From the NCBI RefSeq assembly GCF_009914755.1, contig NC_060947.1: a DNA stretch of 64,000 nt. One strand, written 5' to 3'. Within the stretch, counting starts at the first letter, position 1. Every line of letters starts with the position of its first letter. Below the pieces are notes generated by a model. It searched no databases. It saw only the letters and a program-made list of their open reading frames with translations, and was not told where the DNA came from. The position numbers and the translations under genes were made by a program. Shown in pieces: positions 36,226 to 50,204 of this stretch. This stretch comes from the human T2T-CHM13v2.0 reference genome, Homo sapiens.

Positions 36226-36260
36226 CCCGAACTTTCTTCATACATCAGACAGCATCTTGA

Positions 36261-36622
<362 letters not shown>

Positions 36623-38559
36623 AGGTTATGTTTTTTTACCCACCTAAGGCCTATATTCACATGTTGCCTGTATGACTGGCACCAGGATACATTTTCCCTT
36701 GAGGAAAAAGTAGTCACTTACCTGAAGGAATGCTTTCTTTTCCTTGCAGGCCAGAAGAGTATAGCCATACCCCAAAAGCACATGACAACTCTAGTATTTA
36801 TATTACTAAATAGCATACCAGATTTTGCCAAAGCCAGACTGTCTTTATTGATAACATGTTCTATATGATGAACAATGAGTAGTATACCAAACATGTTTGA
36901 CTTTTAATTAATTGATTATTTAACATAGACTGATGCCATAAAAATCAATGCTAGGTCATTCTAAACTTATTTTTTTTTTAATCGAGTAGCCCCTCTTTAA
37001 TGGTGCAGAATAGTGCTCTAATTTATAAGTTGTGGAGATTTTGCAATGCGTGCCTCTAAAATAAACTGCTTCTTGTCAAGTGTTTACAATGGGGAGAACT
37101 ATACACTCCATAGCTGATGCAATCTTGTCTCAGTGGGAGTGAGAATTACATTTACAACATCAGCTGAAACTTCAATTTTTAATTTCCTAGGCTTTACGTG
37201 CCAGGCTAGGATGGACTTAAGCCATCAACAGAGATAACCTGCTGGTGAGACTGTATTTTGGCTGGTGATGTGGAGTTTAATGAAGTCTGCCTGTATATAC
37301 ATCTTGATTCTGACAAAAAATAAACTGAAACCTTCATTTGAGAACTGAATAGCGTTCCTGGTCACAATATGTAGCAGATGTGTATGATGCTCAGGATGGT
37401 GACAAAATGTCCTTTGACTATAAGAGGACTTTACAGAAATAACAGCTATTTCTCATTGTAGCCAACTATATCTATTTTCTAAAGATATTAATACTGCTAG
37501 GAGATGTTTGAAAATAGATATGTCTTAATTTAAGTTGACGTCGCTGCAGACACCACCCACTCAAGGAAGGACAAGGAAACCATGTTATCCTAAACATATC
37601 TAAAACAAGACCCATTGCCTTGCAAAGAACTTCTGTGAGACAAAGAATCAAGCACACCACACTCCCTATAGTGGTCTATGCTGTTTACCTGAAAGAGGCC
37701 CCACCTGTTCTAATAAGAGGCTTACATTAGGCACCATTTTGAGAGTTTAAAACTGAACTGTGCCCCATTTTCATGCTGAGTTTGAGGGAACATGGCTGCC
37801 GCTACCACCTAGCTGGGGGAGGAAGCGGGAAGACTAAGCTCTCTTAAGCACACATAGGGCAATACCCACTGCTAGTCCCCAGTCACCCACCTGGGTGACT
37901 TCCAACAACGGAAACACAGACTGCTTGCCTTCCACTGCTACTGCCATCACCTACACCACACAAGCTTCCCAGGGACCTGAGAACCTGCCCTACACCTGGC
38001 CCACTACTCCCACAACTAGTTTCCAAGCAAGTCACCTGGAGGCCCAAAAATCAGCCCTTCAGTACCTCCAAAACACTGGAGCCAGTGTAATCTGCTCTGG
38101 GTCCTAAAAACAGGCACACTAATCCCACTGTTACCACCACCGGGACCTGAAGAATGGCTCGGTTGCTGTCAAATTTCTCTGCTAAACATCACCACAACCT
38201 CAACTAATAACTGTATCTTAAGTCATCGAAGAAATAACAGAGATCATTGACCCTGTGCACTGCTGAAGATGTCATACAGAGATCACAATACCTCAGTTAT
38301 CCCAATCAAAGTCTAAGTATCTGACTCAATTAACAACAAACATACATATTCAGAAAAACATTCCTCCCTACAAAGCAGTTTTTAAAGATTGGAGCATGTG
38401 ACTGCTATACCATTAACATATATTAATGGAAAGACACAGGAAACATGAAAAAGCAGGGAAATATGTCACCCCAAAAGGACCACGATAATTGTCCAGCAAC
38501 AAGTTCCAATGAAAAAGAGATCCTTGAAATGTCAAATAAAGATTTCAAAATATTGATTC

Positions 38560-38629
38560 TTTTTTGAGAGAGAGTCTCATTTTGTCACCCAGACTGGAGT
38601 GCAGTGGCATGATCATAGCTCACTGTAGC
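38560..38629 (-). mobile_element. 70-bp AluJ/FLAM stub
   Basis: TTTTTGAGAGAGAGTCTCATTTTGTCACCCAGACTGGAGTGCAGTGGCATGATCATAGCTCACTGTAGC. Confidence 0.85.
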
Positions 38630-39800
38630 AAAGATCAGAGCAGAACTAAATGAAATATGGAGTCAAAAATATACAAAGGATAAACCAAACAAAAAAATTG
38701 TTTCTTTGAAAACATAAAATTGATGAACCTCTATCTAAACTAACTAAGAAAAAGAGAAAAAAATCCAAACAAATAAAATCAGAAGTAAAAAAGGAGACAT
38801 TGCAATCGATACCACAGAAATACAAAGAATAATTAGAGACTTACATGTACCACTATACATTCAAACTAGAAAGGCTGGAGGAAATGGATAAATTCCTGAA
38901 CATATAACCTATCAAGATTGGACCAGGAAGAAATAGAAAACTCAAACAGATGAATAGCAATAAATGACATTTAATCAGTGATTAAAAAGTCTCCCAACAA
39001 AGAAAAGTCCAAGACTGGATTGTTTTACTGCTAAATTCTACCAAACTTTTAAAGAAGAACTAACATCAATTCTCAAACTATTTCAAAAAATGGAAGAGAA
39101 CGGAATTTGTTCTATTTCATTCCACAAGGTCAATATGACCCTGATACCAAAACCAGACGAAGACACAATAACAGCAACAACAAACTACCGACCTATATCT
39201 CTGATGAGTATAGATGCAAAAATCCTCAATAAAATATTAGCAAATTGAATCCAAAAGCATATCAAAAGATAAAACACCACAGTCAGTTGGAATTTATCCC
39301 AGAGATGCAAGAATGGTGCAACATACAGAACCCAACAAATGTTATATAACACATCAACAGAATGCAGGAGAAAAATCATATGATCATCTTAATAGACACA
39401 GAAAGAAACATTCAGTAAAATTCGGCACCCATTCATGGATAAAAACTCTCAACAAACTAGGCATAGAAGGAATATACCTCAACAAAAAAATGGCAGTATA
39501 TGTCAAATACCCAGCCAACATAATACATAGCAGAGAAGATTTGCAAGCATTTTCTATAAGAACTGGAACAAGACAAAGATGTTTACTTTTACCACTTTTA
39601 TTAAGCGTGTTACTTGATGTCTTTGCTAGAGCAATGAGGCAAGAGAAAGAAATAAAAGGCATACAAATTAGAAAAGAGGAAGTCAAATAATTTATGTTTT
39701 CTGATGATATAATCTTAAGAAAACCCTAAAGACTCCACCAAAAACTCTTAACTTTGACAAATGAATTCAGCAAATTTTCAGGTGACAAAATTAATACAGA

Positions 39801-41030
39801 AGAGAACCTAGGTAATACCATTCTGGACATAGGAGTGAATGAGCATTTCATGAGGCAGACACCAAAAGTGATCATGACAATAGCAAAAATTGACAAATAG
39901 GATCTAATTAAATTTAAGAGCTTGTGCATAGCAAAAGAAACTATCAATAGAGTGAACAGACAATTTACAGAATGGGAGAAATTTTCTGCAAATTATACAT
40001 CTGACAAAAGTCTAATATCCAGCATAAAGAACTTAAACAAATTTACAAAAATAAAACAAGTAACCCTATTACAACGTGGGCAAAGAACATGAACCATCAT
40101 TTTTCAAAATAAGACATACATGTAGCCAACAAGCATACGATAAAAAGCTCAATATCGCTAATCATTAGAGAAATGCAAATCAAAACCACAATGAAATACC
40201 ATCTCACACCAGTCAGAATGGCTATTATTATTAAAAAATCAAAAACTAACAGATGCTAACAAGATTGTGGAGAAAAAGGAGCACTTATACACTGTTTGTG
40301 GGAGTCTAAATTAGTTCAACCATTGTGGAAAGCAGTGTGGCAATTTCTCAAAGAGCTAAAAACAAATTACCATTTGACCTAGCAATCCCATTACTGGGTA
40401 TATACCCAAAGGAATGCAAAATGCAAATTGTTCTACCATAAAGGCACGTGCACTATTCGTTGCATCACTATTCACAATAGTAAAGACATGGAATCAACCT
40501 AAATAGTGATCAATGATAGACTGGAATATAAATCACTGTACCATAAAGACACATGCACTATTCATTGCAGCACTATTCACAATAGTAAAGACATGGAATC
40601 AACCTAAATGGTGATCAATAATAGACTGGATAAAGAAAATGTGGTACATATACACCATGGAATACTATGTAGCCATAAAAAAGAACAAGATTATGTCCTT
40701 TTCAGGAACATGGATGGAACATGATTCTTAGCAAACTAATGCAGAAAGAGAAAACCAAATACTGCATGTTCTCACTTGTAAGTGAAAACTCACTTATAAG
40801 TTGTAGGTAAATGATGTTAACTCATGGACACAGAGAGGAAAACAACAGACACTGGGGCCAACTTGAGAATGGAGATTGTGAGGAGAAGGAGCAGAAGAAA
40901 CAACTATTGGGTACTAGGCTTTCTACCTGGGTGATGAAATGATCTGCACAGCAAACCCCAATGTCATGTGTTTGCCTATATAACAAACCTGCACATGTAC
41001 CTCTAAACCTAAAATAAAAGTTAAATAAAA
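39801..41030 (+). mobile_element. Nested 5'-truncated L1PA13-15-like 3' end
   Basis: AACCTAGGTAATACCATTCTGGACATAGG ... GAGCAGAAGAAACAACTATTGGGTACTAGGC ... AAAATAAAAGTTAAATAAAA; host ORF2 is colinear across it. Confidence 0.8.
40411..40630 (+). repeat. ~105-bp tandem duplication inside L1
   Basis: TACCATAAAG.CAC.TGCACTATTC...CACTATTCACAATAGTAAAGACATGGAATCAACCTAAAT.GTGATCAAT.ATAGACTGGA at 40434 and 40539. Confidence 0.9.
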
Positions 41031-42061
41031 GGAATTAGTAGCATATCTATACACCATTAATTATCTAGCTGAGGACCAAATGAAGAAGGAAATCTCATTA
41101 ACAATAACTATAAAAATATCTAGGTATATATTTAACCAATGTGGTAAAAGATCTCTAAAAACAGAACTAAAAACACAGAGGAAAAAAATTGTAGATGACA
41201 CAAACAAATGGAAAAACATCCCATGCTCATGGACTGGAAGAATCAATATCATTAAAGTAACCATACTCTTTAAAGCAATCTACATGTTCAATGCAATCCC
41301 TATCAAATTACCAGCCTTGTTTTTCACAAAATTAGAAAAAATGATGGTAAAATTAATATGAAACCAAAAAGGGTCTGAATAACCAAAGCAATCCTAAACA
41401 AACAGAACAAAGCTGAAGGCATGACATTACCTGACTTCAAATTATACTGTGAGACTATAGGAACCAAAACAGCATGGTACTGGAATAACAAACAGACACA
41501 TAGATCAATGGAACAGAATAGAAAAGCAGAAATGAAGCCACAAACCTATAACCAACTGATCTTCAACAAAGTCAACAAAAATATACACTGGTGACAGGAA
41601 ATCGCCAATAAATGGTCCTGGGAAAATTGGATTGCCATATGCAAAAGAATGAACCTAGGCTCATACAACTCACCATATGCAAAAATTAACTCAAGATGGA
41701 CTAAAGACCTAAATGTAGGACCTGAAACTATGAAAATCCTAGAAAACAGTCTAGGAAAATTCTTCTGGACATTGGTCTAGGCAATGAATTTATGACCAAG
41801 TTCTTAAAAGCAAACACAAGAAAAATAGAAAAGTGGGACTTAATTAAACTGAAAACCTTCTGCACAGTAAAATAAACAATCAACAGAATAAACAGACAAT
41901 CTACAGAATGGGAAGACACTTTTGCAAACTATGCATCTATAAAAGGGCTCATATCTAGAATCTACAAGGAGCTCAAACAGCTCAAGAAGAAAACAAATAA
42001 CGTCATTAAAAAGTGGGCAAAGGACATGAACATACATTTTTCAAAGGAAAACAAACAAATG

Positions 42062-43256
42062 TTAACAACTAATTCAGGGAGGAGGGGAGCTGATTTCCAC
42101 AGTGGTCACATTATATTATTTGAATTGTGTAGTTTTAAACCAAAATATTTGACATGCAAAGAAACAGAAGAATATGACCCATGCACAGGAAAAATTAAGT
42201 CAACAGAAATTGTCCTTGAGGAAACTCAGATGTTAGACCTACTAGAAAAAAGATATCTTAAAGCAGTTCTTGCAAATATCTGTAAGACAATGAAGGAAGT
42301 TGGGTTTAAAGAACAAAAGGAACATCAGAGAATAATAGTTCACCAAAAAGAAAACAACAAGGAAAAGGTAGAATTTATTAAAAAAAAAAGAACCAAATAG
42401 AAATTCTGGAGTTCAAATATATAATAAACTAAAATAAAAAAATCTACTAGAGGGCCTCAACAGTAGTTGTGGATGGGCACAAGAAAGATTCAGTGACATT
42501 GAAGATGCTGAGGACAGATACAAAAAGACAAACTATAACAAGTGGTGGGCAGGATGTGGAGAGATTGGAACCTTTATACTATTCTGATGGGAATGTAAAT
42601 TGGCGCAGATCCATTGGAAGTCAGTCTGGAAGTTTGTCAAAAGTTTAAGCATTGAGTTATCATATGAACAAGCAATTCCACTCCTAGTTATGTAATCAAG
42701 AGAAATAAAAACATATGTTTACACCAAAAACTGTGCACTGATGTTCATAGAAGCATTATCCTAAATAGAAAAACTGGAAAGTAGCCAAATGTCCACCGAC
42801 AAATGACTAAATCATTAAAATGTGATACATCTATAAATTGACTGTTGGTTGTCAATCAAAAGGAATTAAATAATGATACATGCCACCACAAATGTTAACA
42901 CTGCATACATTGTTCTGTGTGAAATAGTCAGGTACAAAAGGCCAAATAATGTGTGATTCCATTTTTTTGAAATGTCCAGAATACACACATCCATAGAGAC
43001 AGAAAATAGAGACAGATATGTCCTGAACAGGAAAAGTCCTAGAGAGACAGTGTTTGCCATGGGCTGGGTGTGGCCACAGGATAGAGAATTACTGCAGCGT
43101 CTGTGGGATTTCTTTTTGAGGTGATGAAAATATTATAAATTTAGATAGTGATGATGCTGGCATAGGTCTGTGGATATACAAAAAATCACTGTATTATACA
43201 CTTCAAAATGAATTGTATCATATGTGAATTATGTCTCAATAAAGCTATTATTAATA
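42062..43256 (+). mobile_element. Old L1MB/M4-like pieces: ORF1 5' part (42062-42510) joined to a 3' end (42520-43256)
   Basis: GAACCAAATAGAAATTCTGGAGTT (ORF1); TATGTGAATTATGTCTCAATAAAGCT (L1MB-type 3' terminus). Confidence 0.7.
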
Positions 43257-44487
43257 TTATAATACTTAGAGGGTTAACAAAAATATATAGGCCACACAAC
43301 AAAAATAATAACAATGAAACACACACTAAGGAAAAGACATACATGTATTATTTTACAACAGCATTTTTCATGAACCATAGTATTTCCCTGATAGTAAGAT
43401 GAAGCATTTTTTCATATGCTTAGTTTCCATTTAATATTCCTCCTCTGTGTATTGCCTGTCTGCAACTTTTGACTGCTTTTCCCTTTGATTGTGTGACTTT
43501 CTCTGATTCATTTCTAGGTGCTCTTAATATATTCTGTATTCCAGCTTTTCAAACATGTTTATACCAAATATCATTTTCCACTCTGTTTGCTTGTTTTACT
43601 GTATTATAGTTCTTTTTTGAAATGCATTTTTAAAAATATCAAATTTTATCAATCTTTTGTACTTTTGTGTCTTGTTTAAAAAATGTTTTCCTAACCTTAA
43701 ATCACATCGATATTTTTCTTATGTCTTTTATTGGATTTTCAAGGCCCAAATAGATATAATTGTTCTTTCCCACTACTTAAAAATCCCTTTGTGATAGTCT
43801 TTATTTCTTTACAGACAGAGCCCCAGAATTTCCACAGTCTCTTTCCCTTAATCTCTGCTAAATCAGATCGTTGATCCTAAACTGAAAAGTGCACATTTCA
43901 CAACTCTTATGCATATTTCAACTCTCTTATGTTGTCTCATCTATGCCAAAGGCTACCAAAATTGTATGCATTTGGGGTCTTTTTCCTTCTTTGGCTCTCC
44001 TGAAGATAGGTCATTGTTCTTCCTTTGCTCTGATGCTATGAGCAGAAAAGTTCTTGCTCACTGGTCTTTGAATCTTTTAATTTACACGTTTTGGTAACAC
44101 TGGAAGAGTACATATATAAACTCACTGAATGAGCAGAAAATTTCGGTAGAATCCTTTTGGACTATGAAGTAGCTAAAGAAATCACTTTTCAGAAAGATAA
44201 TAGACATCTTTTAAAATTTGGAGGAAGAAATGATTTATCTATTATAGCTCACTGACTTACAGGTAGAAAAAACATGAATTGATGACTGCATACATCAAAA
44301 TACAACTTGATGTGCTTTCTTTTAAGCAGAAAATGATAAAATTATGCATTAACCTAACAGTAACAGAGAATACACTTTACTATGCAATTAGTATAGCCAA
44401 TGATAAAAATATGTCTCATTTCTACATTATTGTTAGTAAATTTTTTACATTTGATAATGACAAATCTGTGTCTCTCTTTAGAATTTA

Positions 44488-44660
44488 AAAACATTGTCAT
44501 ATACATTTGCATTTGACTTTCATAATAACACTGTGAGGCAGATAAGGGAAGTATTTTATTCTCATTTTTTAAATGAAGAAACTGAGATTCAGAAGGAATT
44601 TATGAGTTGTCTAAGATAAGATAACTAGTATCAGAACTGGAACTCAAATTCCTAGCCTAG
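44488..44660 (-). mobile_element. MIR
   Basis: CATAATAACACTGTGAGGCAG...TTATTCTCATTTTTTAAATGAAGAAACTGAGATTCAGA core. Confidence 0.75.
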
Positions 44661-45034
44661 CCTATTAAAGGGTACCAACAGAAAAGGAGGATTGGAGATA
44701 GAATGATAGCAGTGAAGATACACAACTATCCAGAAAAACTGTTACCAACCTTAAATACTTTACTCAGAGGTATCGAGACATTTATTTATCTTACTGTTTG
44801 TAAGTGTCATTAAGGACTAATCCTTCAGTCCAAACTTTCACTCAGTCCAGAAATATTTGTTAAAATAGCCCTGAAAGATGATGTGTCATCTTCTGCTGAA
44901 GACTTCTATTTTTCTTCCACAGACATAGCTGTTATGTATTGTCTTTTAGTTTTGAGACAAAACTGCCTCTTACAGTTTTAAAATATTTATTTAAAGCTCT
45001 TTAATCCCAGGACAATCATTCACTTACTATTATT

Positions 45035-45773
45035 TTTAATTTTCTCATATTATAAAATACACTCAAGAAAGTGCAGACATCATTAATGAACAAAATACAA
45101 CCAGCCCACAAATAAAGAAACAGCATATGATCACAAGAGCCTCTTTGTGTGTCACCTTCCAATAACTATCCTCTCCTAATGAAGTTCCTGAACTTCCTAA
45201 CAAGTAGAATAATATATAGTATGTATTCTTTTGTGTCTGGCTTTTTTCACTGAATGCAATGTTTTTGAGATTCTTCCACATGGTTGCATGTAATATTATT
45301 CATTCTCATTGTTGAGTAGTATTTCATTTTTTGGCACAACTTATTTATTCATTTTTCTGATAGTAGACATTTGAGCTGTTTCTGCGTTTTGGCTACTATT
45401 TAGCTACTGCTGTTTCATTCTTGTACATGCCTTTCAGTGGACACATACATGCATTTTTTTTGAGCCTATATCTAGAAGTATACTTTTTCCTTGTGTGTGG
45501 GTAATTCTGTTTATGTGTATGTACATATATATTCAGTTTTAGTGGGTCCTGCCAAACAGTTATTTAAAGTGCTTGTACCAATTTATGCTCTCATTTGCAT
45601 GAGAATTCTAGTTACTTCAAATCTTGGCTAACACTTGATATTGTCAATTTTTTCAATTTTAGTCATTTTCTTGGATATGTAATGAGTGTAAATTGTGGTT
45701 TAGTTGTTGCTTTGCATTTCCCTGAAGATATTTCCCATTTTCTATGTTTATTTGCCACTTGGTTATTGCCTTT
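45035..45773 (-). mobile_element. Ancient L1ME 3' region (continues 50221-50735 and 51199-51320)
   Basis: TTCTTTTGTGTCTGGCTTTTTTCACTGAATGCAATGTTTTTGAGATTC; colinear across the L1PA8 TSD. Confidence 0.7.
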
Positions 45774-48700
45774 TAAAAAAATTACTTTAAATTCTGGGAT
45801 ACATGTGCAGAATGTGAAGGTTTGTTACACAGGTATACATGTTCCATGGTGGTTTGCTGCACCTATCAACCCATCATTTAGGTTTTAAGCCCCAGATGTG
45901 TTAGGTATTTGTCCTAATGCTCTCCCTCCCCAGGCCCCCAACCCCCAACAGGCCCCAGTGTGTGATGTTCCCTTCCTTGTGTCCATGTGTTTTCATTCTT
46001 CAACTCCCACTTATAAGTGAGAACATGTGGTGTTTTTTTTTCTGCTCCTGTGTTAGTTTGCTGAGGATGATGGCTTCAAGCTTCATCCATGTCCCTGCAA
46101 AGGACATGAACTCATTCTTTTTTATGGCTGCATAGTAGTCCATGGTGTATATATGCCACATTTTCTTTATCCAGTCTATCATTGATGGGCATTTGGGTTG
46201 GTTACAAGTATTTGCTATTGTAAACAGTGCTGGAATAAACATATGTGTGCTTGTGTCTTTATAGTAGAATAAGTTATAATCCTTTGGGTATATACCCAGT
46301 AATGTGATTGCTGGGTCAAATGGTATTTCTGGTTCTAGATCCTTGAGGAAGTGCCACACTGTCTTCCATAATGGTTGAACTAATTTACACTCCCACCACT
46401 GGTGTAAAAGCGTTCCTATTTTTCCAGAGCCTTGCCAGCATCTGTTGTTTCCTGACTTTTTAATAATCACCATTCTAACTGGTGTGAGACGGTATCTCAT
46501 TGCAGTTTTGATATGCATTTGTCTAATGACCAGTGATGATAAACTTTTTTTCATATGTTTGTTGGCTGCATGAATGTCTTCTTTTGAGATGTGTCTGTTC
46601 ACATACTTCACCCACTTTTTGATGAGATTGTTTGTTTTTTTTTTCTTGTAAATTTGTTTAAGTTCCTTGTAGATTCTGGATATTAGACTTTTGTCAGATG
46701 AATATCTTGCAAAAATTTTCTCCCATTCTGTAGGTTGCCTGTTCACTCTGATGATAGTTTCTTTCACTGTGCAGAAGCTCTTTAGTTTGATTAGATCCCA
46801 TTTGTCAATTTTGGATTTGGTTGCAATTGCTTTTGGTGTTTTAGTCATGAAGTCATTGCCCATGCCTATATCCTGAATGGTATTGCCTAGGTTTTCTTCT
46901 AGAGTTTTTATGGTTTTGGATTTACATTTAAGTCTTTAATCCATCTCAAGTTTATTTTTGTATAAGGTGTAAGGAAGGGGTCCAGTTTCAGTTTTCTGCA
47001 TACGGCTAGCCAGTTTTCCCAGCACCATTTATTTAATAGGGACTCCTTTCCCCTTTGCTTGTTTTTATCAGGTTTGTCAAAGATCAGATGGGTGTAGATG
47101 TGTGGTGTTATTTCTGAGGTCTCTGTTCTGTTCCATTGGTCTATATATCTGTTTTGCTACTAGTACCATGCTTTTTTGGTTACTGTAACCTTGTAGTATA
47201 GTTTGAAGTCGGGTAATGTGATGCCTCCAACTTTGTTCTTTTTGCTTAGGATTGTCTTGGCTATATGGGCTCTTCTTTGGTTACTTATGAAATTTAAAGT
47301 AGTTTTTTTTCTAATTTCATAAAGAAAATTACTGGTAGTTTTTTGGGAATAGCATTGAATCTATAAATTGCTTTGGACAGTATGGCCATTTTCACGATAT
47401 TGATTTTTCCTATCCATGAGCATGGAATATTTTTTCATTTGTTTGTGTCTTCTTTGACTTCCTTGAGCAGTGGTTTGTAGTTTTGTATTTTGAGCCTATG
47501 TGTGTGTTTGCACATGAGATGGGTCTACTGAATATAGCACTCCTACGGGTCTTGAATCTATCCAATTTGCCAGTCTGTGTCTTTTAATTGTGGCATTTAG
47601 CCCATTTACATTTAAGGTTAATATTGTTATGTGTGCATTTGATTCTGTCATCATGATGCTAGCTGGTAATTTTGCGCATTAGTTGATGCAGTTTCTTCAT
47701 GGTGTCAGTCTTTATATTTTGGTGTGTTTTTACAGTGGCTGGTACCAATTTTTCCTTTTTATCTTTAGTGCTTTCTTCAGGAGCTCTTGTAAGGCAGGCC
47801 TAGTGCTGACAAAATTCCTCAGCATTTGCTTGGCTGGAAAGGATTTTATTTATCCTTCACTTTTGAAGCTTAGTTTGGCTGGATATGACATTCTGGGTTG
47901 AAAATTCTTTTCTTTAAGAGTTTTGAGGCCAGGCGCAGTGGCTCATGCCTGTAATCCCAGCACTTTGGGAGGCCGAGGCAGACGGATCACGAGGTCAGGA
48001 GATCAAGACCATCTTGGCTAATGTGGTGAAACCCCATCTCTACTAAAAATATAAAAAAATTAGCCAGGCATGGTGGTGGGTGCCTGTAGTCCCAGTTACT
48101 CAGGAGGCTGAGGCAGGAGAATGGTGTGAACCCGGGAGGTGGAGCTTGCAGTGAGCCGAGATCGACAGAGCGAGACTCTATCTCAAAAAAAAAAAAAAAA
48201 AAAAGTGTTGACTATTGGCCCTCACTCTCTTCTGGCTTGTAGGGTTTCTGCAGACAGATCCACTGTTATTCTGATGGGCTTCCCTTTGTAGGTTACCTGA
48301 CATTTCTCTCTGGCTGCCCTTAACATTGTTTCTTTCATTTCAACCTTGGAGCATCTGACGATTATGTGTCTTGGGATTGCTCTTGCTTCCTTTCTCCCCA
48401 TCACGTTCAGGTACACCAATTAATTGCAAGTTTGGTCTTTTCACATAGTCCCATATTTCTTGGAGGCTTTGCTTGTTCCTTTTCATTCTTTTTTCTCTAA
48501 TCTTGTCTTCACATCTTATTTTAGTAAGTTGATCTTCAGTCTCTGACATCTGTTCTTCTGCTTGATCAATTCAGCTATTGATGCTTGTGTATGCTTCACG
48601 AAGTTCTCGTGCTGTGTTTTTCAGTTCCATCACGTCAGTTATGTTCCTCTGTATTTTGGTTATTCTAGTTAGCAGTTCCTGCAACCTTTTATCAAGGTTC

Positions 48701-50204
48701 TTAGCTTCCTTGCATTGGATTAGAACATGCTCCTTTAGCTTAGAGGAGTTTGTTATTACCCACCTTCTTAAGCCTACTTATTTCATTTCATCTATCTCAT
48801 TCTCTGTCCAGTTTTGCGCCCTTCCTGGAGAGGAGTTGCGATCATTTAGAGGAGAAGAGGAATTTTGGTTTTTGGAATTTTCAGCATTTTTGCCCTGGAT
48901 TTTACTCATTTCGTGGATTTATCTATCTTTGATCTTTGAGGCTGATGACCTTTGGATGGGGTTTTTGTGTGGGGGTCCCTTATGTTGATGTTGTTGTTTT
49001 CTGTTTGTTATTCTTCTAACAGACCAGCCCGTCTTCTGCAGGTCTGCTGCAGTTTGCTGGAGGTCCACTCTAGACCCTGTTCTCCTGGGTATTGCCAGTG
49101 GATGCTGCAGAACAGCAAAGATTGCTGCCTGCTCCTTCCTCTGGAATCTTCATCCCTGGGGGGCATTGGCCTTATGCCAGCCAGAGCTCTCCTGTGTGAG
49201 GTATCTGTTTACCCCTGTTGGGAGGTTTCTCCCAGTCAGGAGGCACAGGGGTCAGAGACCTACTTGAGGAGGCAGTCTGTCCCTTGCCAGAGCTGGTATG
49301 CTGTGCTGGGAGAATCCTTCTTGTCAGGATCAGCTGCTCTCTTCAGAGCTGGCAGGCAGGAATGATTAAATCTGCTGAAGCTGTGCCCACAACCCCCCCT
49401 TCTCCCCAGGTGCTCTGTTCCAGGGAGATGGGGGTTTTGTCTTTAAGCCCCTGACTGGGGCTGTTATGGTTCCTTCAGAAATGCCCTGCCCAGTGAGGAG
49501 GAATCTAGAGAAGCAGTCTGGCCAGAGCCTCTTTGCTGCACCCAGCCCAGATCTCCCAGCCTCCTTTGCACTGTCAGGGAAAAACCGCCTACTAAAGCCT
49601 CAGTAATGGCAGACTCCCCTCCTCACACCAAGCTCAATCGTCCCAGGTTGACCTCAGACTGCTGTGCTTGCTGAATTTCAATCCAGTGGTTCTTAGCTTG
49701 CTGGGCTTCAAGGGAGTGGGACCCGCTGAGCAAGACCACTTGGCTCCCTGGCTTCAGCCCTTTTTCCAGGGAAGTGAATGGTTCTGTCTTGCTGGGGTTC
49801 CAGGTGCCACTGGGGTATGAAAAAAATACTCCTGCCACTAGCTTGGTGTCTGCCCAAACAGCCACCTGGTTTTGTGCTTGAAACCCAGGGTCCTGGTGGT
49901 GTAGGCACACAAGAGGATCTGATCTGCAGATTGCAAAAGCCATAGGAAAAGCATAGTAACCCAGCCTGATAGCAGAGTCCCTCATGGCTTCCTTTGGCTT
50001 GAGGAGGGAGGTACCCAGCTTGCTGCATTTCCCAAGTGAAGTGACACCCCACCCTGCGTCTGCTCACCCTCTGTGGGATGGACCCACGGCCTAACCATTG
50101 CCAATGCGATGAACTGGGTATCTCAGTTGGAAATGCAGAAATTAACCACCTTCTGCATCGGTCTTGCTGGGAGCTGCAGGCTTAAGCTGTTCCTATTCGG
50201 CCAC
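45774..50204 (-). mobile_element. L1PA8-like element with both ends but ~2.2-kb ORF2 deletion, ~110-bp ORF1 deletion and an AluY insertion
   Basis: 3' end TTCTGGGATACATGTGCAGAATG...TTTAAGCCCC; ORF 46000-46863 (ORF2 C-terminus); 5' end GTTCCTATTCGGCCACCTTGG; TSD CTTGGTTATTG(C/T)CTTT at 45758-45773 and 50205-50220. Confidence 0.9.
47927..48204 (+). mobile_element. AluY-like with ~24-bp right-arm deletion
   Basis: GGATCACGAGGTCAGGAGATC, GAATGGTGTGAACCCGGGAGGTGGAGCTTGCAG; GAGATCG|ACAGAGCG lacks the CCACTGCACTCCAGCCTGGG segment; ~20-A tail; TSD AA(G/A)AGT(T/G)TTGA. Confidence 0.93.

Larger units (their letters stand above)
37655..42061 (+). mobile_element. Old L1M (MA-like) element: 5'UTR, ORF1 start, deletion, ORF2; hosts an Alu stub and a nested L1PA
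   Basis: C-rich 5'UTR-like DNA 37655-38430, ORF1 start AAACATGAAAAAGCAGGGAAATATG ~38441, ORF2 38630-39800 (ORF 39313-39690 RTGTRQRC) resuming at ~41031 (ORF 41080-41361 KWKNIPCSW). Confidence 0.7.

Noticed and set aside
42026-42400. 124-aa ORF
   Set aside because: Chance read-through across a junction into decayed L1 ORF1
43745-44090. Possible L2 fragment
   Set aside because: Similarity too weak to support by eye
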